Source of the DNA: an uncultured Chitinophagales bacterium
GTDB lineage: Bacteria; Bacteroidota; Bacteroidia; Chitinophagales; BACL12
Length of the DNA stretch: 64,000 nt
Direction of reading: 5' to 3'
Assembly (NCBI GenBank): GCA_964463165.1
Contig: CAYXBK010000015.1
Span: 13,957 to 77,956 of the forward strand
In this document: in pieces, positions 9,912 through 19,800 of the stretch
Numbering within the stretch: position 1 is the first letter of the stretch
How the letters are laid out: the number at the start of each line of letters is the position of its first letter
The notes under the pieces: generated by a model
Database searches by the model: none
The model's input: the letters and a program-made list of their open reading frames with translations, nothing else
Told to the model about the DNA's origin: nothing
Made by a program: the position numbers and the translations under genes

Positions 9912-12605
9912 TTATTCTTTATTAAAAATCTTAATTACTTTTTCCAAATTAATTCCTTTACCAAGTACGGGTTTAAATATATCACCTTCGCTTTTTATTC
10001 TTTCCAGTGCATTATAAATTGTAAAGTCACTCATTTTTAATCCCTTCTTCATTTCGTCCCAATGGAGCGGCATTGAAACAGTTGCTCCCGGTTTAGGCCG
10101 TAAAGAATAAGGAGCGGCAACAGTTGCCTGCGGACGGTTTTGTAAAAAATCAATATACATTTTCCCCTTCCTTGCTTTCACTATTCTTTCAATACTTGTG
10201 AATTTTGGAATTTCCTGCTGAACCAATGTGGCAATAATTCTTGCAAATTCTTTAGACTGATCATAGGTGTATTTTGCGCCGAGTGGAATATAAATATGCA
10301 TACCGGTTGAACCGCTTGTTTTCGGGAAAGACGTTATACCCATATCCTCCAGAATATCTTTGGTAACATTGGCTGCATCAATTACCTGTTGAAATGAATT
10401 TTTTGACGGGTCAAGATCTATAATACACCAATCGGGATAATCTTCAGTTGCAACTTTGCTATGCCATGGGTTCATTTCAATACATCCAAGTGTTGCCATA
10501 TAAAGTAAGCTGGCTTCATCTTTAGCCACTAAATAATTTCTCACTCTGTTATCCGATTCACTTTTATATTTAAATGTTTCAATCCAGCCGGGTGCAGTTC
10601 CTGTAACATCTTTAAAATAAAAACTTTCTCCTGTGATACCGTTTGGATGCCGGTTCATCGATTGCGGCCTGTCTTTGAGATAAGGCAAAATATAAGGTGC
10701 AACCTGATAATAATAATTTAACATATCACGCTTCGTAATTTTTTCTTTGGGCCAGTAAATTTTATTGAGGTTATTAAATTTTATTTCATGGCCATTTATT
10801 TCACGTACCTGCGTTTCATCCGTCGGGTTTAAAAGCGTTTTACGATCTTGTTTTCCCACCGGCTTTAAAATTTTTTTTGATTGTTTTTTATTTTTCAGAA
10901 TGATTTTATTTGTTTCAATTGCTTTTTCATTTGTAACATCCTTTGCTTTTTTATCAATGCGCATCGCTTCAAATGAGGGGTGGCGCATAATTCCGTCGGT
11001 TGTCATTTCCGTATAGCTTACTTCACAAACCAGTTGAGGCTTCATCCATACTGCTTTTGCATGAGGCGGATCGTGGCGGAAGCGAGAAGGTTTATTAATA
11101 TCCGGCAGTTCGGTAAATGGTGACGCTTTGGTAATATAAGGTTTAAACTGTTTGAGCATTTCTATTTGTTGTTTATCATTAAAACCGGTTCCAACTTTCC
11201 CGGTATAAATCAACCTGCCTTTTTCATACACACCGAGCAGGAGTGAACTGAATGATTTTGATGAATTCTCATTTTTCGTATAACATCCAATTACCATTTC
11301 CTGTCGTTTGTTTGCTTTTATTTTAAGCCATTCCTTTGATCGGATTCCAGCGGTATACATACTGTCTGATTTTTTTGCAATGATTCCCTCGAGCCCCATT
11401 TTTTTTGCCGTTTCAAAAAATTCTGTCCCGCTAACATCAAAACTTTCGCTTAATCGGATAAAGGGATTATCAGGGAGAATTTGTTTCAAAATATTTCTGC
11501 GTTCCGACAATGGCAACTGCATCAGATCTTTTCCATCGAGCCACAAAAGATCAAAAACATAGAAAAAAATATCACCATCTGCTTCACTTCGCCAGTTTTG
11601 CAAATCACCGAAATTTGATTTTCCGTTTTCATCCAATACCACCACTTCACCATCCACAACTGCTTTGATATTCCACTGCTGAACGGCTTTAAGAACAGGA
11701 TAAAATTTTTCATTGAAAGATTTATCGTTTCTCGACTTTAATTCCACTTTATTTTTATTACAGAACGCCACCGTTCTGTAGCCATCCCATTTTATTTCAT
11801 AAAGCCAGCCTTCCTTATCAAAGGGTTTATCAATCAATGTTGCAAGCATGGGTGATAATTTGGAAGGGAATTTTGCATTCCTTTCTTTTGATAAAGTTTT
11901 TGCGGGAACATTTTTTTTCCTTTTATTCTGTTCAGAAACGGTTTTCACCTCTTTGCGTTTATGGAGTGATGTTTCTTTTTTACTTTTTGTTTTTGATTCC
12001 TTTACCCGTTTGGCCCCATAAAAATTTTTTGTTGTTTTTTCTACCTGCGCCAAAGTTTTTTTTGAAACAACCGATTTATCTTTTAATGTGATGTCTGCCT
12101 CGGAAGCATATTTATCTTTTACTTTAAATAACAGCCATGCATTTTCTTCCTTACCATGCGTTTTCACCAATGCATATTCACCTTTCAGCTTTTTTCCGTG
12201 CAAGACAAAATGCAGTTTGCCGGATTGAATACCTTTTCGCAATTCTTTGTCCTGCGTTTTTTTATCTTTTCCGGTTGCATCCGCAAGTTCATAAAAACCT
12301 TCGTCCCAAATAATAACAGTTCCGGCACCATAACCGCTCGGAATGATTCCTTCAAAGTTCCGGTAATCATACGGGTGATCTTCAACCATCATTGCAAGGC
12401 GTTTAACTGCAGGGTTGGTAGAAGGGCCTTTCGGAACGGCCCAGCTTTTTAATACACCTTCCATTTCCAATCTGAAATCATAATGCAAACGCGATGCATC
12501 ATGCTTCTGAATTACAAAGCGCAATTTCTCACTATCAGGCTTGCCGCCCGTTGGCTCCGGGCTTTCCTTGAAATTTCTTTTTACTTTGTATTTTGTCAGT
12601 GCCAT
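9912..12605 (-). CDS. ligD: Multidomain ATP-dependent DNA ligase D (phosphoesterase-ligase-polymerase)
   Basis: 897 aa. The N-terminal PE domain (RFVIQKHDASRLHYDFRLE...WAVPKGPS) is followed by the ligase adenylation motif I (YEIKWDGYR). The C-terminus is a primase-polymerase domain (NGITGESFYFKDV...SGSTGMHIYIPL). Confidence 0.9.
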   Translation of the reverse strand: MALTKYKVKRNFKESPEPTGGKPDSEKLRFVIQKHDASRLHYDFRLEMEGVLKSWAVPKGPSTNPAVKRLAMMVEDHPYDYRNFEGIIPSGYGAGTVIIWDEGFYELADATGKDKKTQDKELRKGIQSGKLHFVLHGKKLKGEYALVKTHGKEENAWLLFKVKDKYASEADITLKDKSVVSKKTLAQVEKTTKNFYGAKRVKESKTKSKKETSLHKRKEVKTVSEQNKRKKNVPAKTLSKERNAKFPSKLSPMLATLIDKPFDKEGWLYEIKWDGYRTVAFCNKNKVELKSRNDKSFNEKFYPVLKAVQQWNIKAVVDGEVVVLDENGKSNFGDLQNWRSEADGDIFFYVFDLLWLDGKDLMQLPLSERRNILKQILPDNPFIRLSESFDVSGTEFFETAKKMGLEGIIAKKSDSMYTAGIRSKEWLKIKANKRQEMVIGCYTKNENSSKSFSSLLLGVYEKGRLIYTGKVGTGFNDKQQIEMLKQFKPYITKASPFTELPDINKPSRFRHDPPHAKAVWMKPQLVCEVSYTEMTTDGIMRHPSFEAMRIDKKAKDVTNEKAIETNKIILKNKKQSKKILKPVGKQDRKTLLNPTDETQVREINGHEIKFNNLNKIYWPKEKITKRDMLNYYYQVAPYILPYLKDRPQSMNRHPNGITGESFYFKDVTGTAPGWIETFKYKSESDNRVRNYLVAKDEASLLYMATLGCIEMNPWHSKVATEDYPDWCIIDLDPSKNSFQQVIDAANVTKDILEDMGITSFPKTSGSTGMHIYIPLGAKYTYDQSKEFARIIATLVQQEIPKFTSIERIVKARKGKMYIDFLQNRPQATVAAPYSLRPKPGATVSMPLHWDEMKKGLKMSDFTIYNALERIKSEGDIFKPVLGKGINLEKVIKIFNKE

Positions 12606-12653
12606 AGTTTTAAATTAATTTCTATCTGAGTCCGGATTAATATGGATCAACAA

Positions 12654-12866
12654 TTAATTTTTGCATCTTATAAATTTAAAACAACCTGCTCGATAATTTA
12701 GAAAAAGCAGATTGCAGAAACACCAGCTGATGATTCCACTTTCCGGAAGTATTGCTTTTAATTCACTATTCGGCCCTCCGAATTGTTCAAGTAATAATCT
12801 TGCAAACCGGGGATCTGGCTTTGAAACCTGTGCATTAAATTGTAATTCTTTTACGTGATGAAGCAT
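12654..12866 (-). pseudogene. Manganese-catalase N-terminal relic
   Basis: The first 38 codons (MLHHVKELQFNAQVSKPDPRFARLLLEQFGGPNSELKA) match the conserved Mn-catalase N-terminus (compare MFYHIKELQYQAKP..PDP.YAKKLQE.LGG). The ORF then leaves the family and stops at 70 codons, whereas these catalases run to ~270-300 aa. Confidence 0.65.
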
Positions 12867-13065
12867 ATATTATTTTTTTAGAGATTAAAATATCACTTCC
12901 CTGTTTTATTGGCAGTGGTGGCTCTCTCAACAGCACGAATAATATGCCATCCGGTTTATTGGACAAATTCAGGCCGGAAAAAAAATAAGCGGGTATTATT
13001 TTTCGCGGGCAGGGAATTTCTTCTATTAATTTAATTTTTTTTACCCGTATAAGCGCATGCGACAC
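12835..13065 (-). pseudogene. Possible Ku (NHEJ) gene relic
   Basis: The translation KKIKLIEEIPCPRKIIPAYFFSGLNLSNKPDGILFVLLRE resembles the Ku core segment (..IEI.EFV....ID..YF..PYYL.P......AY.LLREA). It sits directly upstream of ligD on the same strand, where ku usually lies. Only ~75 codons remain. The similarity is weak and judged by eye. Confidence 0.35.
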
Positions 13066-13085
13066 ATTCGAAAGTATAACACAAT

Positions 13086-13117
13086 AAAAATGGGGTGCCC
13101 CACGATGGAAACACCCC
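13086..13117 (-). terminator. Terminator hairpin after the 1155-aa FG-GAP gene
   Basis: GGGGTG (13092-13097) pairs with CACCCC (13112-13117). On the minus strand the hairpin is followed by ATTTTTATT. Confidence 0.55.
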
Positions 13118-13141
13118 TACCCTGTTCTAACAAACTTTTTT

Positions 13142-16100
13142 CTATTTCATAACTATGATGCGGCGGCTGTAATAAGTATCATTATTTTGAACGGAGAAGA
13201 TATATGTACCATTGCTTAATTGATGGAGATCAATTTCATGGGTTCCTGTATCATGCAGTGTATTCCTGTAAACGATTTGTCCTGTTAAACCGGAAACAGA
13301 AATAAATGTTTCTCCCTGAAGTGCATGATTTTCAAAATTGAAAATTCCGTTGCCGATCGTCGGAGATACACTAAATATCTGTCCGGCTTCCGGATCGGTT
13401 GCAGAAGTAATATCATCATTATCCAAAATTTTTACTGTCAGGTTTGGAATCGTAACAGGATCGTAATACATATCTTCACTGACAACCGAAAATGTGATCA
13501 AGCCAGTGTGATACCCTTCAATATCCGCATCATCAACCGGCACACCGGAAAATGTCTGGCCGATATTTATGAAACCATCAGATATAAATGTTATGGTATC
13601 TGCGATACCAGGCCCGTTGCCAAGATCCAGTTGCACGTCGGGTGTTGCAATGATGTAAACATTAAAATATGGCTCGGATGAAATAGTAACGGAAATTGCG
13701 AAGGTGTTCAAACCTTCTTCATAGTATGCATTTCCAACACCCCCACGCACGATATCTACGATATCATTATCGTGCACAGAAAGAATTTTTTCCTGCGGAA
13801 TAAATGAAGAAAAGACCGGATCATCACTGGTGAATTCAGCAAGAAACGAACTATTGTATACCGGTTCATAATAAATGTCGTTCGGTGTTGAAACATAAAA
13901 TATTTTATTTGCCAGACTGGAAATATCAGAAGTAAATGTATATGTCAACGGTTCACCTGCACCTGCACCCATACTGATATCAGGTTGCGGTGTAAATGTA
14001 AGTGTACTGGTGACGGAAGGAATTGAATTAATATGCAGATTAAATACACATACACTTCCTTCGGTTACTGTTGCAATTCCTGCAGGGGTATAAAATAATC
14101 CCAGATCATTATCGGTGGTTGTATACGAATAGCTTTCATTAATACTGCCTGCATAAAATCCCCAGGTATCCGGGTCAGCAAGAATCGTTACCGTTGCAGT
14201 TGAATAATCTTCAATGATCGTATCATCCGGAATATTCCATCCGATAAATTTCGGTACCAATGCTGTTGAATCTGCAGCAAAGGAAACTGTCACCGGCACA
14301 CCGGCACCACCACCCGCATCAATGCTGCCTGTCGGTGTAATCTCCACGATCAGTTCGCTTGCCGGAATCTGATTAAATGTAATTGTAATACCATCGCTTG
14401 CACCGTTTTCCTGCAATATATTTAATGTGGCAGGCAGCAGCGTGAACGACGGATTGATGAACAGAATATCATTTTGAAAATAAAATTCGAGATCATTTGT
14501 TCCTGCAAAATCGAAAAGAGAATCACCATCCAGATCTGCAAATGTTCCAAAATCACTTGAATAGGTTAGATAATCTGACTGGAACGTACCTGGTCCGGTA
14601 GATAATTTCACCTTTGTACCGTTGGAATAATCACTTAATACGATATCAGGATATCCATCTGCATTTAAATCAGTTGCCGTATTATTGAATTGCTCGCTAA
14701 GACTTGCAAAAGTAAAATCACCGTACTCCACCGGAGTGAAAACTCCAGCTGAATTATTTGCGAGAAAAGTATTTCCGCTGATTGAGCAAACATATGCGAT
14801 ATCATCATCACCGTCCAAATCAAAATCATTTAGGTATAGAGACGAAGGTGAACTACAGGATGTATTAAATAAATTGAATTGTGTTCCGAAAAAAGCAAAA
14901 CCATCTGCATTCGGCACTTCCACAATATAAGATGTTGCAGTACCCGCTCCGATAAAATCGTCATCACCATCACCATCTGCATCCATCATTTCAAAATTTC
15001 TCCAGCTGCCTGTTGTAATTTCAGTGGTATAAATAAAATAATTCGCAGGATCTGGATAACGGAGATATAAAACAAGATTATGCGGAGCAGCATATTGCAT
15101 TGCGATCATATCTTCATCGCCATCATTGTCCGCATCTATAAACCAGACTTTATTATAAGCATTTGCATCTACTTCATAAGATGTAAAAATGCCATTGCCG
15201 TCATTTATAAAATAATATGTGATTTGTTGCCCTCCGCCTTCCGAATGAAAACTTGCGATCAGGTCTTCATCTCCGTCTGCATCCAGATCATGATGATCCA
15301 ACAAACTTGGATAAGGGCTGGCTTCCAAATTAGGTAAATAATGCACAGAGAAAAATGAATCTGCAACTGCATCGTATTTAAACCACGCCATTTTTCCATC
15401 GTGTGAAATAACAACCAGGTCGTTATCCGCATCGCCGTCAATATCAACTGCCTGAACAAGATCCATCCGGATATAAGACGTATCCGGATCGATCGGTTGT
15501 GAAAAAAATGCATCCGGCATTTCATTCAATTGAATTAAAGCTGCATCGTTATCATCGTACAGCAAATCAATTTTACCGTCGTTGTTATAGTCGCTCAATA
15601 AAGTATAGTTCGGATTTCCCGGAAGTGAATCAATTACAAGTTCCATATCATCCAAATCAACAGAGCTACCGTTTGTTTCGATCCATTTCAAATTTGTAAA
15701 TTCTGAAAGCGGATCATTTTCAAATATGATCCAGTCAAAATCACCATCGTCGTCCAGATCATTTGTTTGAATATCGAGAATATTATCAGAATAATCCCAG
15801 GGTATATCCAGATCAAATTCGCCACTGATCGTATCAAAAATCGCAACTCCGAAATTAAATGCATCTTCAACAACAATATCTGCATAACCGTCACCATCTG
15901 CATCACCAACGAAAATATCATCCTGATTTTCATCCGTGCTCACAGTGGAAGTTGAAAATGTGCCATCGCCGTTATTTTCAAAATAATCTGTGCAGCAATC
16001 ATAGAAATATGCTGTCCAGTCCTGGTCACCATCTTTATCAAAATCAAAAACTTTTGCAACACGCACTGAAGGATAATCATCGGGGATTGCATGCGATGCA

Positions 16101-16609
16101 ACCATAATTCCGCTTTCATTTTCCGACCAGTATAAATAAGAAGAAGAATTTTCATACACAAGATCGGCATCACCATCAGAATCCATATCAAAAATCCCGA
16201 TCAGCATATTCATAGATGGTCCGATCATATGATTTACCCATGGATCGGTGAGGTTACCCGGATTTCTATACCAAGAAACAGTTGTGTAAGTAATATCTTT
16301 TTCCGCAACGATATCGGTCCAGCCATCGCCGTCCATATCTACAGCATAGGTATTAATAATATACGCATTTGTAAATCCGGGAACCACATTTCTGTCGGCC
16401 CATGCGGTGCCACCGTTATTCTCAAAAAAAAGCGCATTTGATTCTTCCAGAGAAACATAGTCTGTCCATCCGTCATTATTAAAATCGATCGGGAGGAGAC
16501 TTTTAATTTTATCATTTTGTGTATGCAGAATGATATTTTTCGCCGGGATCTGTGCATTGAGAAATTGCTGAAAAACAATCAATGCGAGAAAAGTAAATTT
16601 CATTTTCAT
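13142..16609 (-). CDS. Giant secreted FG-GAP/VCBS-repeat protein with Calx-beta-like modules and T9SS sorting domain (paralog 1)
   Basis: 1155 aa with signal peptide (FQQFLNAQ). It has 14 DxDxDGxxD calcium-loop motifs, three ~105-aa modules each ending in DND, and a T9SS C-terminal domain (GNGIFNFEN...GTYIFSVQ...IIVMK). Confidence 0.85.
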   Translation of the reverse strand: MKMKFTFLALIVFQQFLNAQIPAKNIILHTQNDKIKSLLPIDFNNDGWTDYVSLEESNALFFENNGGTAWADRNVVPGFTNAYIINTYAVDMDGDGWTDIVAEKDITYTTVSWYRNPGNLTDPWVNHMIGPSMNMLIGIFDMDSDGDADLVYENSSSYLYWSENESGIMVASHAIPDDYPSVRVAKVFDFDKDGDQDWTAYFYDCCTDYFENNGDGTFSTSTVSTDENQDDIFVGDADGDGYADIVVEDAFNFGVAIFDTISGEFDLDIPWDYSDNILDIQTNDLDDDGDFDWIIFENDPLSEFTNLKWIETNGSSVDLDDMELVIDSLPGNPNYTLLSDYNNDGKIDLLYDDNDAALIQLNEMPDAFFSQPIDPDTSYIRMDLVQAVDIDGDADNDLVVISHDGKMAWFKYDAVADSFFSVHYLPNLEASPYPSLLDHHDLDADGDEDLIASFHSEGGGQQITYYFINDGNGIFTSYEVDANAYNKVWFIDADNDGDEDMIAMQYAAPHNLVLYLRYPDPANYFIYTTEITTGSWRNFEMMDADGDGDDDFIGAGTATSYIVEVPNADGFAFFGTQFNLFNTSCSSPSSLYLNDFDLDGDDDIAYVCSISGNTFLANNSAGVFTPVEYGDFTFASLSEQFNNTATDLNADGYPDIVLSDYSNGTKVKLSTGPGTFQSDYLTYSSDFGTFADLDGDSLFDFAGTNDLEFYFQNDILFINPSFTLLPATLNILQENGASDGITITFNQIPASELIVEITPTGSIDAGGGAGVPVTVSFAADSTALVPKFIGWNIPDDTIIEDYSTATVTILADPDTWGFYAGSINESYSYTTTDNDLGLFYTPAGIATVTEGSVCVFNLHINSIPSVTSTLTFTPQPDISMGAGAGEPLTYTFTSDISSLANKIFYVSTPNDIYYEPVYNSSFLAEFTSDDPVFSSFIPQEKILSVHDNDIVDIVRGGVGNAYYEEGLNTFAISVTISSEPYFNVYIIATPDVQLDLGNGPGIADTITFISDGFINIGQTFSGVPVDDADIEGYHTGLITFSVVSEDMYYDPVTIPNLTVKILDNDDITSATDPEAGQIFSVSPTIGNGIFNFENHALQGETFISVSGLTGQIVYRNTLHDTGTHEIDLHQLSNGTYIFSVQNNDTYYSRRIIVMK
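13415..14360 (-). repeat. Three tandem ~105-aa Calx-beta-like coding modules in paralog 1
   Basis: Each module contains ..D.G.G.G.P...F and ends in TTDND, VHDND or ILDND. Boundaries are approximate. Confidence 0.6.
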
Positions 16610-16822
16610 GGTACGAAGATTTATTATGAATAATTCGAAAATTACAGGTACCTATATTGTTCTGCAAGGCACTTTGAGGGAATGCGGAAGGCCGGCTTGT
16701 GAATGGTTGAATTGAATGAGGGAACGAAACCGGAATAAGATAGAAACCTGAACAATTAAACATCCCTGAAATAAAAACGGGATACCGCATATGCAGATAT
16801 CCCATTCTGAACCGGAGGAGGA

Positions 16823-19800
16823 TTATTTTATCAGTTCAATTATTTTTGTGCTGAAGACATTGCCCTTTTGCAGACGTACATAATACATACCGGCAGCAGC
16901 TTCCGAAATATCTATGTTAGTTTTACCGCTGCTGTTCATTTCAATTTCTTTGATCCATCTGCCCGTTGCGTCAAAAATTGAAATTATTCCATCGTTGCTT
17001 CCATCATATGTAATAGTAAAAATTCCGTTTGACATAGCCGGGTAAATTAGAAATTGATTTTGATCAGCATTTATCAGAGCCGTAGCTGCATCATTGTCGT
17101 CAATATGTATGATCAATGGTTCCAATGCATAACCAGCATAAAACGGATCATCTGTTGAAATAATAAAATTTATTTGCCCGTCGTGGAAACCTTCTGCAAG
17201 CAAATCATCCACAATTGAAATTTCGAATGTGAGTGGAACGCCGGGTTCATAGCTGACATTTGCAATAATTACAAGCGGCATTCCGGGCCCTTCACCCAGA
17301 TCGATTTGCGCATCAGGAACTGCATAAATAAAAACATTGTCTGCCGGTTGGGTAAACAAATAAATGTCTGCCGGAATTTCAATTGTTCCTTCCGGATAAA
17401 TCAGATCGGCCGCACAAACCAAAGCCATTCCATCGTCGTCGTTATCTTCAATAAAGATCTCAGAAATTGCGATTGCAACTCCATCAAAAACCGGATCATC
17501 GGAAGAAGTTATATAATTGATAAATCCGGAATGCAGCCCGTCGTTGAGCATATTGTCAAACGGGATTCCGCTTATTGAAATATCATCAGGCAGTTCACCA
17601 TCGGCAATAAAAGTAAATTCAACAGCAACGCCAAACCCTGCGCCGAGATCAAGATTCATATCCGGAACAGCAATAACCGAAACATTTTCGGAAGGGATAG
17701 ATGATAAATTAAAATTGATTTCAAATTCACCCAAACCTTCCAGATATGCAGCTGTTAATTCTGAATGCTGAACGGCAGACAAATCGTTGTCTAAAATTGA
17801 AATTGTTATTTCCGGAATATTTAATACTTCATAATAAGGATCATCTGTAATAACTGAAAATTCAATATGTCCGAAATGCAATCCGTCAACAATTAAATTT
17901 TCAGAAGGTATTCCGGAAAATACTATTGCATCCGGTATTATATCTCCGGCAATAAAATCCATCGTTACCGCAACACCCGGTCCTGCACCAAGATCAATTT
18001 CACTATCCGGATCCGCAATAATTTGCACATCAGCCTGAGGTGCACTTGTTACATGAATTGTTATACTAAAATCTTCCAGCCCTTCCGTATAATAACTGCC
18101 CGGGATAAGTGTTGAAAAAGAAGCATTGTCATTGTCTGTCAGACTTATTTGTATCGTATCAGTAAGCATTGAATTAAAAAGGCTGTCGTCACAAAAAAAT
18201 GAAACAGGTAGTTGCGAAATATGTGTTTCTTCATGGATATAATCATTTTCAGCGGTCAGATTGATAATAATATTTTCAATTGCTTCAATACTTGCGGGCA
18301 GTTCAAATTCAACCGGAAAACCTAAACCTGCGCCGGCATTTAATTCTGTTTCAGGCTGGAGATGCAGCGTAAGCGGCGCATCAGGTATTGCATTTAAATG
18401 CACGCTTACTGTTTGTGAAGCTCCTTCATTTATTGCAGGAACATCTGTATAAAATAAACCGGGGTCGTTATCTGTTACAATAAATGCATATTCGGCATGC
18501 AGGGTTCCGGCATATAAACCCCATCCGGCTTCATCTGTAAGCGAAATAATTTCTGTTGTATAATCTTCCACCAACGCATCTTCGGGAACCTGATAATAAA
18601 AATAATGAGGCAATAAAGCAGTTGAATCCGGATTTATAACATACACTATTTCTTCACCCGCACCAGCCCCGGCATCGAGAACCGGGCCCGGATGAAATCG
18701 AACTGAAAGTGCAGTTTGCGGAATTTCAGTAAAATAAATACCAATGCTGTCGCCCGAAGCATTTTCTTCGAGATATGTTTTCGTTGGTGGAATAACAATA
18801 TATTCCGGAGCTTTTGTGATCACATCATATTGCACATAAAATTCAAGTTCATTTGTTCCGATAAAATCAATCACATCATTCTCATCAAGAAAAGTATAAA
18901 AACCAAAATCAGCTGATGCATTATTGAAATCGAATTGAAATGTTCCTCCTGCACCTTCTGCTAATTTAACAGCAGTTCCCGTCGTATTCATTCCATTGCT
19001 GAGGATGAGGTCAGGAGAATTGTCGAGGTTCAGGTCTTTTGAATACATGAAGCCGGGGGCAGATAGATCCTGATCACTGAAATATCCGGAAGAAGAAGAT
19101 GTAAAAAATCCGCCGGCATTTGTTAATTTATATGCATTGCCGGAGTATGAGCAGGAATAAAAAATATCATCATCCGCATCACCGTCAAAATCATCTGAAT
19201 AAATTGCATTCATGACAGTGCAGATCGTGCCCTTTAAAACATAGGCTGCAGAAAATGTTTCTGCACCGTTCGTATTTGCAATCATATATATTGCAGCTAC
19301 ACCTTCCTGTGTTCCGATAAAATCTTCATCGCCATCGTTATCGGCATCCGAAATTTCAAAATTTTTCCATAAGCCGGTTGGTGTGATATCGCTGTCGTCT
19401 GAAAATAATGCGGAAGTATCCCCGGTATTTAAAAACAATTCAAGTTTATTAGATTCAAACCGCCAGCCAATCAGATCCGCATCGCCATCATCATCCGCAT
19501 CGGTCATCCATATTTTCTTAAATGCAAATTCTGTAAACTCATGGAGGTAAAAATTTCCGGCGCCATCGTTGAGCAGGTAATAACTTATTCCGCCGGCTCC
19601 GTAATACGAGTGAAAACTTGCAATCAAGTCCTGATCACCATCGCTGTCCACATCAAAATTCTGCAGGCAGGAAGGATATGGGCTTGCTTCAATATTTTGA
19701 ATATGATGCACTGCATAAATTGAATCAGATGCGGCATCATATTTCATCCAGGCAAGTACACCGTCGTGTGAAGCAACAAATATATCCTCATCACTATCGC

